This document shows positions 26,830-37,740 of a DNA stretch of 41,474 bases, in pieces. The stretch comes from an uncultured Saprospiraceae bacterium. Lineage in GTDB: Bacteria > Bacteroidota > Bacteroidia > Chitinophagales > Saprospiraceae. Every line of letters starts with the position of its first letter. Positions within the stretch are counted from its first letter, which is position 1. The DNA is taken from positions 1 to 41,474 of the forward strand of contig CAMZLN010000114.1 in the NCBI GenBank assembly GCA_947311465.1, given 5' to 3'. The position numbers were made by a program, and so were the translations under genes. Below the pieces are notes generated by a model. The model had not been told where the DNA came from and ran no database searches. It saw only the letters and a list, made by a program, of their open reading frames with translations.

Positions 26830-29800
26830 TTAATCAAATCTTACATCAAGCGCAAGTCCACGTAATTCATGAACCAATACCGTAAATGATTCAGGAATAT
26901 TTGGCTCTGGCAAATTATCTCCTTTTACAATTGCCTCATAAGCTTTCGCACGTCCAACAACATCATCAGACTTAATAGTTAACAATTCTTGTAAGATATG
27001 TGCAGCACCGTATGCTTCCAAAGCCCAAACTTCCATTTCTCCAAATCGCTGTCCCCCGAACTGTGCCTTACCACCAAGTGGTTGCTGAGTAATCAAGGAG
27101 TATGGTCCGATTGATCTAGCATGCATCTTATCATCAACCATGTGTGATAATTTGATCATGTAGATTACCCCAACAGTTGCCTGCTGATGGAAACGTGTTC
27201 CTGTTTCACCATCATATAAATACGTTTGACCTAATGAAGGTAATTTTGCTTTTTGAATATAACCTTCTATTTCATCCATTCTAGCACCATCGAAAATTGG
27301 AGTTCCAAATTTCAAATTCAACTTTTCTCCTGCCCAACCTAGTACAGTTTCGAATATCTGTCCCAAGTTCATTCTGGAAGGTACACCTAGAGGATTCAAA
27401 ACAATATCAATTGGTGTTCCATCTTCTAAGAATGGCATATCTTCACGACGTACAATTCTAGAGACGATTCCCTTATTTCCGTGACGACCTGCCAACTTAT
27501 CCCCCACTTTAAGTTTTCGCTTCTTCGCTAAATAAACCTTTGCAAGTTTAAGTACACCAGCTGGCAATTCATCTCCAATACTAATATTGAATTTCTCTCT
27601 TTTATAACGACCAACTTCTTCGTTGACTTTAATATTATAGTTGTGTAATAAATCAGCAATTAGTGTATTCAAATGCTCATCTTCTAACCAAACATTGTAA
27701 TCAACTGTGGTAAAATCGATCTTTTTCAATGCAGATTGATTAATCTTCGTACCTGAAGGAATTAACATTTCACCATAAAGCGTCTTGATTCCTTGAGAAA
27801 CTTTCCCATTAACTAAGACCATTAATTTATCGACCAAAATAGTTTTCAACTCATTCAAAGCAATCGCATGCTCATCGTCCAACTTCACTAATAACTCCTT
27901 CTCCTGCGACTTTTGCATTTTATCTTTCTTCGCTCTAGCGAAAAGTTGTTTTCCAATGATAATACCTCTTGTGGAAGGCGATGCCTTTAATGACGCATCT
28001 TTAATATCACCTGCTTTCTCTCCAAAGATTGCTCTCAACAACTTTTCTTCTGGTGTTGGATCAGATTCTCCTTTTGGAGTGATTTTACCAATAATAATTG
28101 CACCTTCTTTTACATGGGCACCAATTCTGATAATTCCATTCTCATCCAAATCCTTAGTAGCTTCTTCACTTACGTTTGGAATATCGTTGGTCAATTCTTC
28201 TTCACCCAATTTCGTATCACGAACATCTAATTCGTGATGCTCAATATGTAGTGAAGTAAAAATATCTTCTCTTACGATTCTTTCAGAAATCACAATTGCA
28301 TCCTCAAAGTTATACCCTTTCCAAGGCATAAATGCTACCTTCAAGTTTTGCCCCAACGCCAATTCACCTTTTTCAGTAGCGAATCCATCACAAAGGATTT
28401 TTCCTTTTGTAACACGATCACCTTTTCTAACGATAGGCTTCAAGTTGATACAAGTTCCTTGGTTTGTTCTTCGAAATTTTGTTAAGCTATAAACCTTTCT
28501 ATTATCGACAAAAGAGATCAATTGTTCTTCTTCAGTTCTATCATAACGAATAATAATTTCATCCGCATCTACATATTCAACCACACCATCCCCTTCAGCA
28601 TTCATCATCATTCTAGAATCAGTCGCCACTTTTGCTTCCAAACCTGTTCCTACAATTGGCGAAGCTGGTTTTACTAAAGGTACCGCTTGACGCTGCATGT
28701 TAGATCCCATCAAGGCTCTATTGGCATCATCATTCTCCAAAAAAGGAATCAATGATGCAGAAACTCCTACAATCTGGTTAGGAGCAACATCAATATATTC
28801 AATTTCAGAAGGTGATAATACTGGAAAATCACCATGCTCTCTACATTTAACTCTATCCGTCAAAAATGCACCAGTTTCATCAACTTCAGCATTTGCTTGA
28901 GCAATTTTCTTATAATCTTCCCCTTCGGCAGATAAATATTCTATTCCACCTTTCACATCTACCTTTCCATCAATCACCTTTATATATGGTGTTTCTAAGA
29001 ATCCCATTTTATTCACCGTTGCGTGAACACATAAAGTAGAAATCAATCCAATATTCGGTCCTTCCGGAGTTTCAATCGTACACAATCGTCCATAATGAGA
29101 ATAGTGAACATCTCTTACCTCAAAACCTGCTCTTTCTCTAGACAATCCCCCTGGTCCTAATGCTGAAATACGTCTTTTATGCGTAATTTCTGCCAAAGGA
29201 TTGGTTTGATCCAAAAATTGCGAAAGCTGATTTGTACCGAAGAATGAATTAATAACGGAAGAAAGTGTTCTTGCGTTAATCAAATCAATTGGAGTAAATA
29301 CTTCATTGTCACGAACATTCATTCTTTCCCGAATTGTTCTTGCCATACGCGCCAAACCAACTCCGAACTGTCCATACAATTGTTCACCAACCGTTTTGAT
29401 ACGACGATTACTTAAATGATCGATATCATCTAAGTCAGATTTTTGATTCATTAAACGCACCAAGTATCTTACGATTTCAATCAAATCTTCTTTAGTCAAT
29501 ACTAAAGTCTCCATTGGAACATCAGTTTCCAACTTACGATTGATTTTATACCGCCCTACTTCTCCAAGATTATATCTTTTATCTGAGAAGAAAAGCTTAT
29601 CAATGATACCCCTAGCTGTTTCATCATCAGGAGCATCTGTACTTCTCAATTGTTTATAAATATATTTTACAGCTTCAATTTCCGAACTCGAAGGATCTTT
29701 TTGCAGTGTATTGTAAATTACTGTATAATCTTCAGCAATTTCTTCATTTTGAAGAATTATAGTTTCCGCTTCAGCATCTAATATAAGTTGAATATTATCT

Positions 29801-30648
29801 TCATTCAACTCTACATCACGCTCAATAAGTACTTCATTTCTTTCCAATGAAACTACTTCCCCAGTATCCTCATCCACAAAATCTTCTACCCACTTTTTTA
29901 ATACTCGAGCTGCTAATTTTCTACCGATAGCTTTTTTCAATGTTTTTGGAGTAGCTTCAACTTCATCAGCTAATCCAAAAAGATCTAAAATTGATTTATC
30001 AGTATCAAAACCGATTGCTCTAAGCAATGTAGTAACTGGGAATTTTTTCTTTCTGTCGATGTAGGCATACATGACATTATTAATATCTGTTGAAAATTCC
30101 ATCCAAGCACCTTTAAAAGGAATTACTCTTGCAGAATAAATTTTCGTACCATTTGGGTGAAAACTTTGCCCAAAGAATACACCTGGAGAACGATGTAATT
30201 GAGAAACAACAACTCTTTCTGCACCATTTATTACAAATGTACCTCTTGGAGTCATATAAGGAATATTCCCCAAAAATACAGGTTGTACTATTGTTTCGAA
30301 ATCAACGTGCTCTACATCATTACATGAAAGTCTCAACTTAGCTTTCAAAGGAACACTATAAGTTAATCCTCTTTGCATACACTCTTCAATAGTGTAACGT
30401 GGTGGATCAATAAAATAATCTAAAAATTCAAGAACGAAAATATTCCTTGCGTCTGTGATTGGAAATATTTCTTGAAACACTCTAAACAATCCTTCGTATC
30501 CTCTTCTTTCAGGAGTTGTTTCAAGTTGAAAAAATTCTTTAAATGATTTTAACTGTATCTCCAACAAATCAGGAGATGGAGGTAAAAATTTTGCTTTTCC
30601 GAAATTAATTCTTGCTACTTCGGGGCTAGATGTGCCGTTATTAACCAT
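26830..30648 (-). CDS. rpoB: DNA-directed RNA polymerase subunit beta
   Basis: 1272 aa. [27 protein letters not shown] and [12 protein letters not shown] motifs. Position between rplL and rpoC. Confidence 0.98.
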   Translation of the reverse strand: MVNNGTSSPEVARINFGKAKFLPPSPDLLEIQLKSFKEFFQLETTPERRGYEGLFRVFQEIFPITDARNIFVLEFLDYFIDPPRYTIEECMQRGLTYSVPLKAKLRLSCNDVEHVDFETIVQPVFLGNIPYMTPRGTFVINGAERVVVSQLHRSPGVFFGQSFHPNGTKIYSARVIPFKGAWMEFSTDINNVMYAYIDRKKKFPVTTLLRAIGFDTDKSILDLFGLADEVEATPKTLKKAIGRKLAARVLKKWVEDFVDEDTGEVVSLERNEVLIERDVELNEDNIQLILDAEAETIILQNEEIAEDYTVIYNTLQKDPSSSEIEAVKYIYKQLRSTDAPDDETARGIIDKLFFSDKRYNLGEVGRYKINRKLETDVPMETLVLTKEDLIEIVRYLVRLMNQKSDLDDIDHLSNRRIKTVGEQLYGQFGVGLARMARTIRERMNVRDNEVFTPIDLINARTLSSVINSFFGTNQLSQFLDQTNPLAEITHKRRISALGPGGLSRERAGFEVRDVHYSHYGRLCTIETPEGPNIGLISTLCVHATVNKMGFLETPYIKVIDGKVDVKGGIEYLSAEGEDYKKIAQANAEVDETGAFLTDRVKCREHGDFPVLSPSEIEYIDVAPNQIVGVSASLIPFLENDDANRALMGSNMQRQAVPLVKPASPIVGTGLEAKVATDSRMMMNAEGDGVVEYVDADEIIIRYDRTEEEQLISFVDNRKVYSLTKFRRTNQGTCINLKPIVRKGDRVTKGKILCDGFATEKGELALGQNLKVAFMPWKGYNFEDAIVISERIVREDIFTSLHIEHHELDVRDTKLGEEELTNDIPNVSEEATKDLDENGIIRIGAHVKEGAIIIGKITPKGESDPTPEEKLLRAIFGEKAGDIKDASLKASPSTRGIIIGKQLFARAKKDKMQKSQEKELLVKLDDEHAIALNELKTILVDKLMVLVNGKVSQGIKTLYGEMLIPSGTKINQSALKKIDFTTVDYNVWLEDEHLNTLIADLLHNYNIKVNEEVGRYKREKFNISIGDELPAGVLKLAKVYLAKKRKLKVGDKLAGRHGNKGIVSRIVRREDMPFLEDGTPIDIVLNPLGVPSRMNLGQIFETVLGWAGEKLNLKFGTPIFDGARMDEIEGYIQKAKLPSLGQTYLYDGETGTRFHQQATVGVIYMIKLSHMVDDKMHARSIGPYSLITQQPLGGKAQFGGQRFGEMEVWALEAYGAAHILQELLTIKSDDVVGRAKAYEAIVKGDNLPEPNIPESFTVLVHELRGLALDVRFD

Positions 30649-30741
30649 TTGCAGTTTGATTTGTAAGTTTTCTGCTAACCAATATGGTTAGTTCAATGCC
30701 TTATTTTTCTAAAAAAAAAGGAAAAAAACAAATACAACATA

Positions 30742-30773
30742 GGCTTAACCAGAGAAATCTCTCTAGTTAAGCC
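30742..30773 (-). promoter_or_regulatory. Stem-loop in the rplL-rpoB spacer, candidate partial terminator or attenuator
   Basis: 14-bp stem (ggcttaaccagaga / tctctagttaagcc). It is perfect with one G-U when read on the minus strand, with a 4-nt loop. U-rich runs begin about 13 nt downstream (30701-30729). The position matches the E. coli rplL-rpoB attenuator. Confidence 0.45.
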
Positions 30774-30839
30774 CCAATGTTATATTATTCTAACTGTAGA
30801 TTTTGAATCTTATCATATAGAAGTTCTATTGAACAATGA

Positions 30840-31214
30840 TTACTTCAATTCAATTTCTGCTCCTACAGCTTCTAAAGCAGCCTTAATTGATTCAGCTTCC
30901 TCTTTAGCAACACCTTCTTTGATATTACAAGGTGCCCCATCCACTAAATCCTTAGCGTCTTTAAGTCCAATGCCTAAAAGACCTTTAACTTCTTTTACAA
31001 CTTTAAGCTTGCTTGCTCCAGCTGAGTTCAATACTACATTGAATTCAGTTTGCTCAGCAGCAGCTTCTCCGCCTCCGCCTGCAGGTGCAGCTATTGCAAC
31101 TGCAGCAGCAGCTGGCTCAATACCATGTTCGTCTTTCAAAATTTCAGCTAGTTCATTAACTTCTTTTACTGTTAAATTTACTAAGCTATCTGCTAATTGT
31201 TTTAAATCTGCCAT
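30840..31214 (-). CDS. rplL: 50S ribosomal protein L7/L12
   Basis: 124 aa. Ala/Gly-rich hinge and conserved C-terminal domain [25 protein letters not shown]. Confidence 0.97.
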   Translation of the reverse strand: MADLKQLADSLVNLTVKEVNELAEILKDEHGIEPAAAAVAIAAPAGGGGEAAAEQTEFNVVLNSAGASKLKVVKEVKGLLGIGLKDAKDLVDGAPCNIKEGVAKEEAESIKAALEAVGAEIELK

Positions 31215-31301
31215 TTTAAATGGTTTTAATTTTCATTAATTAATAAAATTATAACTCGCTTGTGATAAAAGGAAGCATGTATATCACAAAGAAAAAAGAT
31301 A

Positions 31302-31826
31302 CTATCTCTCTTCCAAAGTTTTCAATAGACTCATTATCGTACTTCCACCAGATTTTAATGCACTAATAACATTTTTGGCAGGAGATTGCAACAATCCGAT
31401 AACTTCTCCTATTAATTCTTCTTTAGACTTAAGAGCTGCTAATATATCCACATTCTCATCTCCTAAAAAGACATCTGAATCTATATATGCAGCTTTAAGT
31501 ACTGGTTTATCATCTTTTCCTCTAAATTCTTTAATTAATTTAGCTGGAACATTTCCTACTTTAGAAAACATGATTGCAGTAGGTCCTTTCAAGGCAGGAG
31601 CTAATCCACTATAACCTTTGTCATCGTCCCCTATCGCATCAAACGCCTTTGTAATCAAAGTATTCTTTGCAACTAACATGTTTACGTCATTGTCATAACA
31701 CATGCCTCTTAATTTGTTTATTTGCTCAACTGTCAAGTGTGAAAAATCTGTTAAGTAAAAGAATGAATATTCATTAAACTTTTCCTTCAACGATTCAACA
31801 GCAGCAACTTTTTCTGATCTTGTCAT
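31302..31826 (-). CDS. rplJ: 50S ribosomal protein L10
   Basis: 174 aa. Position between rplA and rplL, with an L10-like N-terminus. Confidence 0.93.
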   Translation of the reverse strand: MTRSEKVAAVESLKEKFNEYSFFYLTDFSHLTVEQINKLRGMCYDNDVNMLVAKNTLITKAFDAIGDDDKGYSGLAPALKGPTAIMFSKVGNVPAKLIKEFRGKDDKPVLKAAYIDSDVFLGDENVDILAALKSKEELIGEVIGLLQSPAKNVISALKSGGSTIMSLLKTLEER

Positions 31827-31849
31827 TTTATCGTATTTTTAATACTCTT

Positions 31850-32542
31850 TTACTTAATAGAACTTTTATCAACCTTAATACCTGGACTCATCGTACTTGC
31901 AACAGTTACGGATTTCACATAAACCCCTTTTGCTGACGCTGGCTTCATTTTATTTAAGATTGTAATCAACTCACTTGCATTTTCAGCTAATTTATCTGCA
32001 GAAAAAGACACTCTACCAATAGAAGAATGAATAATTCCAAACTTATCAACTCTAAATGCAATCTTTCCACCTTTTACATCAGCAATAGCAGCTCCGATAT
32101 TTGGAGTAACAGTTCCTGATTTTGGATTAGGCATCAAACCTCTTGGACCTAAAACTCGACCGATTCGTCCAATCTTAGCCATAACTTGTGGCATTGCTAC
32201 CACAACATCAAAATCTAACCACCCCCCTTGAACTTTCTGAATCATATCATCCAATCCAACAAAATCAGCTCCTGCAGCTTTTGCTTCTTCTTCCTTATCA
32301 GGAGTACACAAAGCCAAAACTATCTTTTTCTTACCTGTTCCATGAGGTAAAGTAACTGTTCCACGAATTGCTTGATCTGCTTTTTTCGGATCAACTCCTA
32401 AGCGGATATGAACATCTACAGAAGCATCAAATTTTGTTTGATTTACTTCTTTTACTAAAGCCATTGCTTCGTCAAGAGGATACAACTTTTCGCTGTCTAC
32501 TTTTGATTCTGCAAGAACTCTTTTTTTACTTTTCTTTGCCAT
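31850..32542 (-). CDS. rplA: 50S ribosomal protein L1
   Basis: 230 aa. L1-like sequence ([21 protein letters not shown]) and position after rplK. Confidence 0.96.
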   Translation of the reverse strand: MAKKSKKRVLAESKVDSEKLYPLDEAMALVKEVNQTKFDASVDVHIRLGVDPKKADQAIRGTVTLPHGTGKKKIVLALCTPDKEEEAKAAGADFVGLDDMIQKVQGGWLDFDVVVAMPQVMAKIGRIGRVLGPRGLMPNPKSGTVTPNIGAAIADVKGGKIAFRVDKFGIIHSSIGRVSFSADKLAENASELITILNKMKPASAKGVYVKSVTVASTMSPGIKVDKSSIK

Positions 32543-32602
32543 TTTTAAAAATTTCTGAGGTCAAACATTTGAAAATCAAACTTCCTCAAGTTTTCAATAA
32601 AT

Positions 32603-33064
32603 TTAGTTATCAGATGCACTATCACCACCCCAAGGAGGCGTACCATCTACAACTATTCCCATACTTCTTGCAGTACCTGCGATCATTCTCATTGCTGATT
32701 CAATCTTAAATGCATTAAGATCGGGCATTTTCGCTTCTGCAATTTGCTTAACTTGATCCCAAGATAAATGCGCAACTTTATCACGGTTTGGTACAGATGA
32801 AGCTTTCTTCAACTTAGCCATTTCCATAATTTGCGATGATGCTGGCGGTGTTTTTACGATAAAGTCAAAAGACTTATCCTTATATACAGTAATTACAACT
32901 GGAATAAGTTTCCCTGGAGTTTCCTGCGTTTTAGCATTAAAACGCTTACAGAATTCCATGATATTAACACCTTTGGCACCAAGTGCAGGACCCACTGGTG
33001 GTGCAGGATTAGCCTGACCTCCACGTACCTGCAATTTTATAAAACCATCTACTTCTTTTGCCAT
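32603..33064 (-). CDS. rplK: 50S ribosomal protein L11
   Basis: 153 aa. [15 protein letters not shown] motif and position after nusG. Confidence 0.96.
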   Translation of the reverse strand: MAKEVDGFIKLQVRGGQANPAPPVGPALGAKGVNIMEFCKRFNAKTQETPGKLIPVVITVYKDKSFDFIVKTPPASSQIMEMAKLKKASSVPNRDKVAHLSWDQVKQIAEAKMPDLNAFKIESAMRMIAGTARSMGIVVDGTPPWGGDSASDN

Positions 33065-33163
33065 TGTCTAAATTAATTTTCTTACAAATAATTTATGGGA
33101 AGCAGCTCAAAAGAGCACAAAAACTACTGTAAAGTATATAAATATTAATAAAAAAAATACTTG

Positions 33164-33880
33164 TTATGCTTGTTTCTCTACTTGTGTGAATCCAAGCTCG
33201 ACTTCAGTTCCACGACCGAAAATCTTCACAATTACATTCAATTTCTTTTTCTCCTCGTATATCTCTTTGATATCTCCAACAAATTCATTAAATGGACCAT
33301 CAATAATCTTAACGGTTTCACCTACAAAGAAAGGTTCTAACATTGATTCACCTAAATCCATAGATTCATCCACTTTCCCTAATAAGCGATTAGCTTCAGA
33401 ATCTTGCATTGGTTTTGGGTTTGTTCTTCCCAAGAAATGAATCACATTTGGAATAGCTGTTATTCCTGTAATCATTTCTCCTGAAAACTTAGGTTGATCC
33501 GCTTCTACTAGAATATAGCCTGGAAGAATATTTCTTTCAGAGATTACTTTCTTTCCTGCACGTATCTTATACACCTTTTCAGTAGGAACTAAAATTTGTG
33601 TAACCACTTCTCCCCATCCTGATCTTTGAATTTCTAATTCAATTCTCTCTTTAATTTTTCTCTCCTTGCCACTAATTACACGCAGGCAAAACCATTTTTT
33701 AGTACTCTTGACAACTGGGATAATTTCCTTTTCTTCTTGGATTTCATCATCAACATCTTGGTTGTCCTCGTTTTCTTGGATATTCTCCTTGTCTACTTGG
33801 ACTTCATCATTAACATCCTTTATATCCTCGTTTTCTTGGATATTATCTTTTGTATTGTCATCAGTTTCTACATCTGTCAT
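33164..33880 (-). CDS. nusG: Transcription termination/antitermination factor NusG with an about 60-aa acidic N-terminal extension
   Basis: NGN domain KKWFCLRVISGKERKIKERIE. KOW motif FFVGETVKIIDGPFNEFVGDIKEI. I prefer the ATG at 33880 (MTDVETDD) because the longer ORF start at 33928 would overlap secE by 38 nt. Confidence 0.9.
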   Translation of the reverse strand: MTDVETDDNTKDNIQENEDIKDVNDEVQVDKENIQENEDNQDVDDEIQEEKEIIPVVKSTKKWFCLRVISGKERKIKERIELEIQRSGWGEVVTQILVPTEKVYKIRAGKKVISERNILPGYILVEADQPKFSGEMITGITAIPNVIHFLGRTNPKPMQDSEANRLLGKVDESMDLGESMLEPFFVGETVKIIDGPFNEFVGDIKEIYEEKKKLNVIVKIFGRGTEVELGFTQVEKQA

Positions 33881-33890
33881 TGTGGGTTTT

Positions 33891-34091
33891 TTATAGCTCG
33901 TAAATAAAAGTAGTAATTGCCTTTGCAACGAAATCCATTACAAAAATCAATAACGCTATAATAATTGAAGCTATTAGTACAACTTTCGTACTTTCAAATA
34001 ACATCGTCCACGTAGGCCAAGTTACTTTATGCACTAATTCTTCATAACTTTCTTTTAGGTATGACATCACACCTGAATTATTTTGCTCCAT
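33891..34091 (-). CDS. secE: Preprotein translocase subunit SecE
   Basis: Single C-terminal TM segment VVLIASIIIALLIFVMDFV preceded by YLKESYEELVHKVTWPTW. The track ORF start (34130) overlaps tRNA-Trp, so the start must be 34091 (MEQNN) or 34067 (MSYLKE). The latter fits typical flavobacterial SecE length. Confidence 0.85.
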   Translation of the reverse strand: MEQNNSGVMSYLKESYEELVHKVTWPTWTMLFESTKVVLIASIIIALLIFVMDFVAKAITTFIYEL

Positions 34092-34105
34092 CTGAATATA
34101 TTTTG

Positions 34106-34177
34106 CACGGGTAGTAGGACTTGAACCCACACCATCGGTTTTGGAGACCGGTACTCTACCAATTGAGCTATACCCGT
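34106..34177 (-). tRNA. tRNA-Trp (anticodon CCA)
   Basis: Manual cloverleaf on the minus strand: ACGGGTA-TA-GCTC...GAGT-A-CCGGT-CTCCAAA-ACCGA-...-GTGGG-TTCAAGT-CCTAC-TACCCGT-G. 72 nt, no encoded CCA. Confidence 0.9.
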
Positions 34178-34217
34178 AGTTTGGTTATTTTTTTTATAAA
34201 ACAACCTATAATACAAG

Positions 34218-34247
34218 ATTAAGCAACCCAAAAAAGGGATGCTTAAT
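34218..34247 (-). terminator. Hairpin downstream of tuf, a possible terminator or processing site before tRNA-Trp
   Basis: 12-position stem attaagcaaccc / gggatgcttaat with one mismatch and a 6-nt loop. It is 33 nt after the tuf stop. No clean U-run follows, so function is uncertain. Confidence 0.35.
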
Positions 34248-34279
34248 CTCATTATTTTCACTTAATATTTCAAAGTAGT

Positions 34280-35473
34280 TTAATCTAATATCTCAGTAAC
34301 TTGCCCTGCACCAACTGTTCTACCACCTTCTCTAATCGCAAAACGTAAACCCTTGTCCATCGCAATTGTATTAATCAATTTAACTTCTAAAGTAACGTTA
34401 TCACCTGGCATTACCATTTCAACTCCTGCTGGCAATGAAATATCACCAGTTACATCTGTTGTTCTAAAATAAAATTGAGGACGGTATCCGTTGAAAAATG
34501 GCTTGTGACGTCCACCTTCATCCTTGCCCAACACATATACTTCACATTTGAAGTGTTTATGTGGCTTTACAGATCCTGGCTTACAAATAACCATTCCTCT
34601 TTTAATTGATTCTTTATCGATACCTCTAAGTAAAAGTCCAGCATTATCACCAGCTTCTCCTCTTTCCAATATCTTACGGAACATTTCTACTCCTGTAATA
34701 GTTGAAGTTAATGGTTTTTCACCATCCTTCAACATACCAATAATCTCAACTGGATCACCCGTATTAATTACACCTCTTTCAATACGTCCTGTTGCTACTG
34801 TACCTCTACCAGTAATAGAGAATACATCTTCAATAGGCATTAAGAAAGGCTTATCTACATCTCTTTCTGGTTCAGGAACTTCAGCATCTACTGCAGCCAT
34901 CAAATCCTTGATTGCTTGTTGAGCACTTGGATCACCTTCTAATGCTTTTAATGCAGAACCTGGAATTACAGACGAATTTTCATCAAAGTCATACTGCTCT
35001 AATAGTTCTCTAACTTCCATTTCTACTAATTCTAGCATTTCTTCATCGTCAACTAAGTCAACTTTGTTCATAAATACTACAATTCTTGGCACACCTACCT
35101 GCTTTGCAAGTAAGATATGCTCTCTTGTTTGCGGCATTGGACCATCAGTTGCAGCAACAACCAAAATAGCACCATCCATTTGGGCAGCACCCGTTACCAT
35201 GTTCTTTACATAATCCGCGTGACCTGGACAGTCAACGTGAGCATAGTGACGATTTTCAGTTTCATACTCAACGTGAGCAGTATTAATCGTAATTCCTCTT
35301 TCTCTTTCTTCTGGAGCAGAGTCAATTGTTGTATAATCCATTTTTTCAGCTAGTCCTGAATCAGATAATACATAAGTAATTGCTGCGGTCAACGTTGTTT
35401 TACCGTGGTCAACGTGACCTATTGTACCAATATTTACGTGTGGTTTGGTCCTTTGAAAAGTTTCCTTAGCCAT
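34280..35473 (-). CDS. tuf: Elongation factor Tu
   Basis: 397 aa. [18 protein letters not shown] and NKVD GTPase motifs. Confidence 0.98.
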   Translation of the reverse strand: MAKETFQRTKPHVNIGTIGHVDHGKTTLTAAITYVLSDSGLAEKMDYTTIDSAPEERERGITINTAHVEYETENRHYAHVDCPGHADYVKNMVTGAAQMDGAILVVAATDGPMPQTREHILLAKQVGVPRIVVFMNKVDLVDDEEMLELVEMEVRELLEQYDFDENSSVIPGSALKALEGDPSAQQAIKDLMAAVDAEVPEPERDVDKPFLMPIEDVFSITGRGTVATGRIERGVINTGDPVEIIGMLKDGEKPLTSTITGVEMFRKILERGEAGDNAGLLLRGIDKESIKRGMVICKPGSVKPHKHFKCEVYVLGKDEGGRHKPFFNGYRPQFYFRTTDVTGDISLPAGVEMVMPGDNVTLEVKLINTIAMDKGLRFAIREGGRTVGAGQVTEILD

Positions 35474-35532
35474 CGGTTAAAAATTTTTGATATGAATTAA
35501 AAAATTAAAATACAATTTAGTATAAAATACAG

Positions 35533-35604
<72 letters not shown>

Positions 35605-35695
35605 AAAACCAACTTCCATCACCTATTCATCTCTACCTCTATATTCTATGTTTATTATTTTCTCAATAATAGAAAATAAGTCATCTATAACATTG

Positions 35696-35768
35696 AGCGG
35701 AAGACGAGACTCGAACCCGCGACCCTCAGCTTGGAAGGCTGATGCTCTACCAACTGAGCTACTTCCGC
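35696..35768 (-). tRNA. tRNA-Gly (anticodon UCC)
   Basis: Minus strand GCGGAAG-TA-GCTC-AGTTGGTA-GAGC-A-TCAGC-CTTCCAA-GCTGA-GGGTC-GCGGG-TTCGAGT-CTCGT-CTTCCGC-T. 73 nt. Confidence 0.9.
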
Positions 35769-35839
35769 ATATAATATTTAATGTTCGTTTTATTAAACAT
35801 TAGGCAATTTCAAATTATTCACAACTTTTTTGTGAATTG

Positions 35840-35922
35840 TGGGGGCGATAGGAATCGAACCTATTCAGTCATAGACACCAGATTTACAGTCTGGCCCGGC
35901 TCTCCAACTCCGGCGCGCCCCC
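35840..35922 (-). tRNA. tRNA-Tyr (anticodon GUA), long variable arm
   Basis: Minus strand GGGGGCG-CG-CCGG-AGTTGGAGAG-CCGG-G-CCAGA-CTGTAAA-TCTGG-TGTCTATGACTGA-ATAGG-TTCGATT-CCTAT-CGCCCCC-A. 83 nt. In my fold position 8 is C rather than the usual U. Confidence 0.85.
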
Positions 35923-36002
35923 GTTCCAAAATTTCGAAAAAATCATATAAAACTATAACTGAAACAGTTTATTTTATATTTAACAATTCCTCCATTTGAA
36001 GG

Positions 36003-36076
36003 AGCCGATGGAGGGATTCGAACCCCCGACCCGCTGATTACAAATCAGCTGCTCTGGCCAACTGAGCTACATCGGC
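36003..36076 (-). tRNA. tRNA-Thr (anticodon UGU)
   Basis: Minus strand GCCGATG-TA-GCTC-AGTTGGCCA-GAGC-A-GCTGA-TTTGTAA-TCAGC-GGGTC-GGGGG-TTCGAAT-CCCTC-CATCGGC-T. 74 nt. Confidence 0.9.
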
Positions 36077-36147
36077 ATTTTATCAAAAAAATGATACTTA
36101 ATTTCAAAAACAATACGCCTATAGAGATCATTTTCTCAAAGCGATTG

Positions 36148-36155
36148 CAAAGATA
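36148..36155 (-). promoter_or_regulatory. Candidate Bacteroidota -7 promoter box (TAnnTTTG) for the tRNA-tuf operon
   Basis: The minus strand reads TATCTTTG about 72 nt upstream of the first tRNA and downstream of the hpf terminator. I found no well-spaced -33 TTG, so this is tentative. Confidence 0.3.
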
Positions 36156-36220
36156 TAATAATTAATTCAAAAAGGAAAATTATTTTTAAACTTTTATTAC
36201 ATTTTTTTTTACGCTAAAAA

Positions 36221-36255
36221 ATAAAAAGGGTTGCGAATAAATCACAACCCTTTTT
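36221..36255 (-). terminator. Rho-independent terminator of hpf
   Basis: Stem aaaaagggttg / caacccttttt (36223-36233, 36245-36255) with a GGGTTG/CAACCC core and an 11-nt loop. The A/T-rich arm ends supply a U-tract on the minus strand. It is 24 nt after the hpf stop. Confidence 0.7.
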
Positions 36256-36278
36256 ATTTTAGTATTATCCTTGTCTAA

Positions 36279-36578
36279 TTAATTTGATCTTAGTCTTTCT
36301 TTATATCTAATTAATTGTCTTTTTAATGTATCAATTGCTTTGTCAATTGCGGCTTCAAATGTTTTATTGGTTTCCTTCACAAATAAAACACTTCCTGGAA
36401 TAGACAATTTGATTTCAGTTACTTTATCTCTAACTTGTCCAGAATTCTCTAATTTAAGTATAACTTTCGTTTCAATGATTTTATCAAAAAACTGTTCTAG
36501 TTTAGCTAATTTTTTATTAATGAACTCAAGTAATTTTGCATCTGCATCAAAATGAACGGATTGAGTGTGTACTTTCAT
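36279..36578 (-). CDS. hpf: Ribosome hibernation promoting factor / RaiA family (short form)
   Basis: 99 aa. MKVHTQSVHFDADAKLLEFINKKLAKLEQFF...AIDKAIDTLKRQLIRYKE is typical of the sigma-54 modulation protein / S30EA family. Confidence 0.85.
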   Translation of the reverse strand: MKVHTQSVHFDADAKLLEFINKKLAKLEQFFDKIIETKVILKLENSGQVRDKVTEIKLSIPGSVLFVKETNKTFEAAIDKAIDTLKRQLIRYKERLRSN

Positions 36579-36660
36579 AAATTTAAGCTTTTAAGATTAA
36601 AAAATAATTATTACTGCTTTTATATAAAACGCCATCAAATGGATGACAGTATATAACAAT

Positions 36661-37590
36661 CTAAGTTTTTTTCGCTTTCGGATGTGCCAATTTGTATACT
36701 TCCTTCAATCTTTCAATCGAATTGTGTGTATATATTTGAGTTGCTGATAAATTGGCATGTCCTAGCAAAGTTTTTATTGCATTTAATTCCGCACCATTAT
36801 TTGACATATGCGTTGCAAAGGAATGTCGTAATACGTGAGGGCTCCTTTTTTGCTGTGTTGTAACCATTGCTAAATTTTTAGTTACCACTGTATATATCAA
36901 TTTTGGATATAGTTTTTTCCCTTTTTCTGTAAGGAATAAATGTTTTGTATCTTCTATTTGTAATTGAGCTCTTTCTTTCAAATAATTTTGAATTATATTC
37001 AGCAATTCAATCCCAAAGGGGATTATTCGCTCTTTATTGGCTTTTCCCAAGACTTTAATGGTACGTCCTTCAATGTTCATATCATCTAAATGTATGCCAA
37101 TTAATTCAGAACGCCTCATTCCTGTTTCGTATAATAATCTGATAATCAAATAATTTCTAATACCAACAAAATCTTTTTGCCATTGCATTTTTTCAAAAAC
37201 GGCAAGTAAATCATCTTCTTCTATGTATTCAGGCAATCTTGACGGATTTTTTGGGCTGATTACTTTCAGCATAGGATTTTTTTCAATCCAATTCTTTTTC
37301 AATAAAAATCTAAAATAAGATTTTAAAGTCGAAAGTTTTCTATTAATAGTTTTGGAAGTCATGCCTAAATCAATCAAATCAACCATCCAAGACCTTATCT
37401 CAAAATGTGTAATTTGGGTAGGTTCAGAAAATTCATATGTAGATTGTAGGAACGAATAAAATTGAGACAAATCATTTGAATACGCCTTCACAGTATGTGA
37501 AGAAAATCGTTTTTCTAATTCAATATAATTCAAAAATGCTGATAATTCTTTCAATTGTGTTTTGGTTTTGCTATGCTTAAAGTTATGCAA
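36661..37590 (-). CDS. Tyrosine site-specific recombinase, XerC/XerD-like
   Basis: 309 aa. N-terminal SAM-like domain (HTVKAYSNDLSQF). Catalytic region ETGMRRSEL, HVLRHSFATH, LLGHANLSATQIYTH. Confidence 0.85.
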   Translation of the reverse strand: MHNFKHSKTKTQLKELSAFLNYIELEKRFSSHTVKAYSNDLSQFYSFLQSTYEFSEPTQITHFEIRSWMVDLIDLGMTSKTINRKLSTLKSYFRFLLKKNWIEKNPMLKVISPKNPSRLPEYIEEDDLLAVFEKMQWQKDFVGIRNYLIIRLLYETGMRRSELIGIHLDDMNIEGRTIKVLGKANKERIIPFGIELLNIIQNYLKERAQLQIEDTKHLFLTEKGKKLYPKLIYTVVTKNLAMVTTQQKRSPHVLRHSFATHMSNNGAELNAIKTLLGHANLSATQIYTHNSIERLKEVYKLAHPKAKKT

Positions 37591-37740
37591 ATATTTTCAA
37601 TAATCAAAACATCTGGGCAAAAAGATTACAATATTTAATATATAGTATTTTTTTAATATGAAATTCTTTTTTTTAATATATTTGAACTAAATTTGCAAAA
37701 TTCCGTTCATCTTCTATGTTACTCATAGAATCAGTTCATC

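Noticed and set aside
30829-31239. 136-aa + strand ORF rich in Ala/Ser
   Set aside because: It is the mirror frame of rplL. The Ala-rich L7/L12 coding sequence keeps the antisense frame open.
31259-31289. 8-bp stem (ttgtgata / tatcacaa) in the rplJ-rplL spacer
   Set aside because: The stem is short and AT-rich with a 15-nt loop. It is not distinguishable from chance without covariation data and is not reported as a feature.
33065-33163. Possible L1-binding autoregulatory leader upstream of rplK
   Set aside because: Only a 4-bp GCUC/GAGC hairpin is visible. I could not match the rRNA-mimic consensus from memory, so there is insufficient support.
34067-34261. 64-aa minus ORF, and the long form of the secE ORF starting at 34130
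   Set aside because: Both run through the tRNA-Trp gene (34106-34177). The tRNA fold is unambiguous, so these reading frames are not coding there.
36661-37590. Tyrosine recombinase next to a tRNA cluster as a marker of an integrated mobile element
   Set aside because: I saw no duplicated tRNA 3-prime segment or direct repeats and no phage or conjugation genes nearby. The N-terminal SAM-like domain and catalytic motifs fit chromosomal XerC/XerD. The surrounding genes are core housekeeping.
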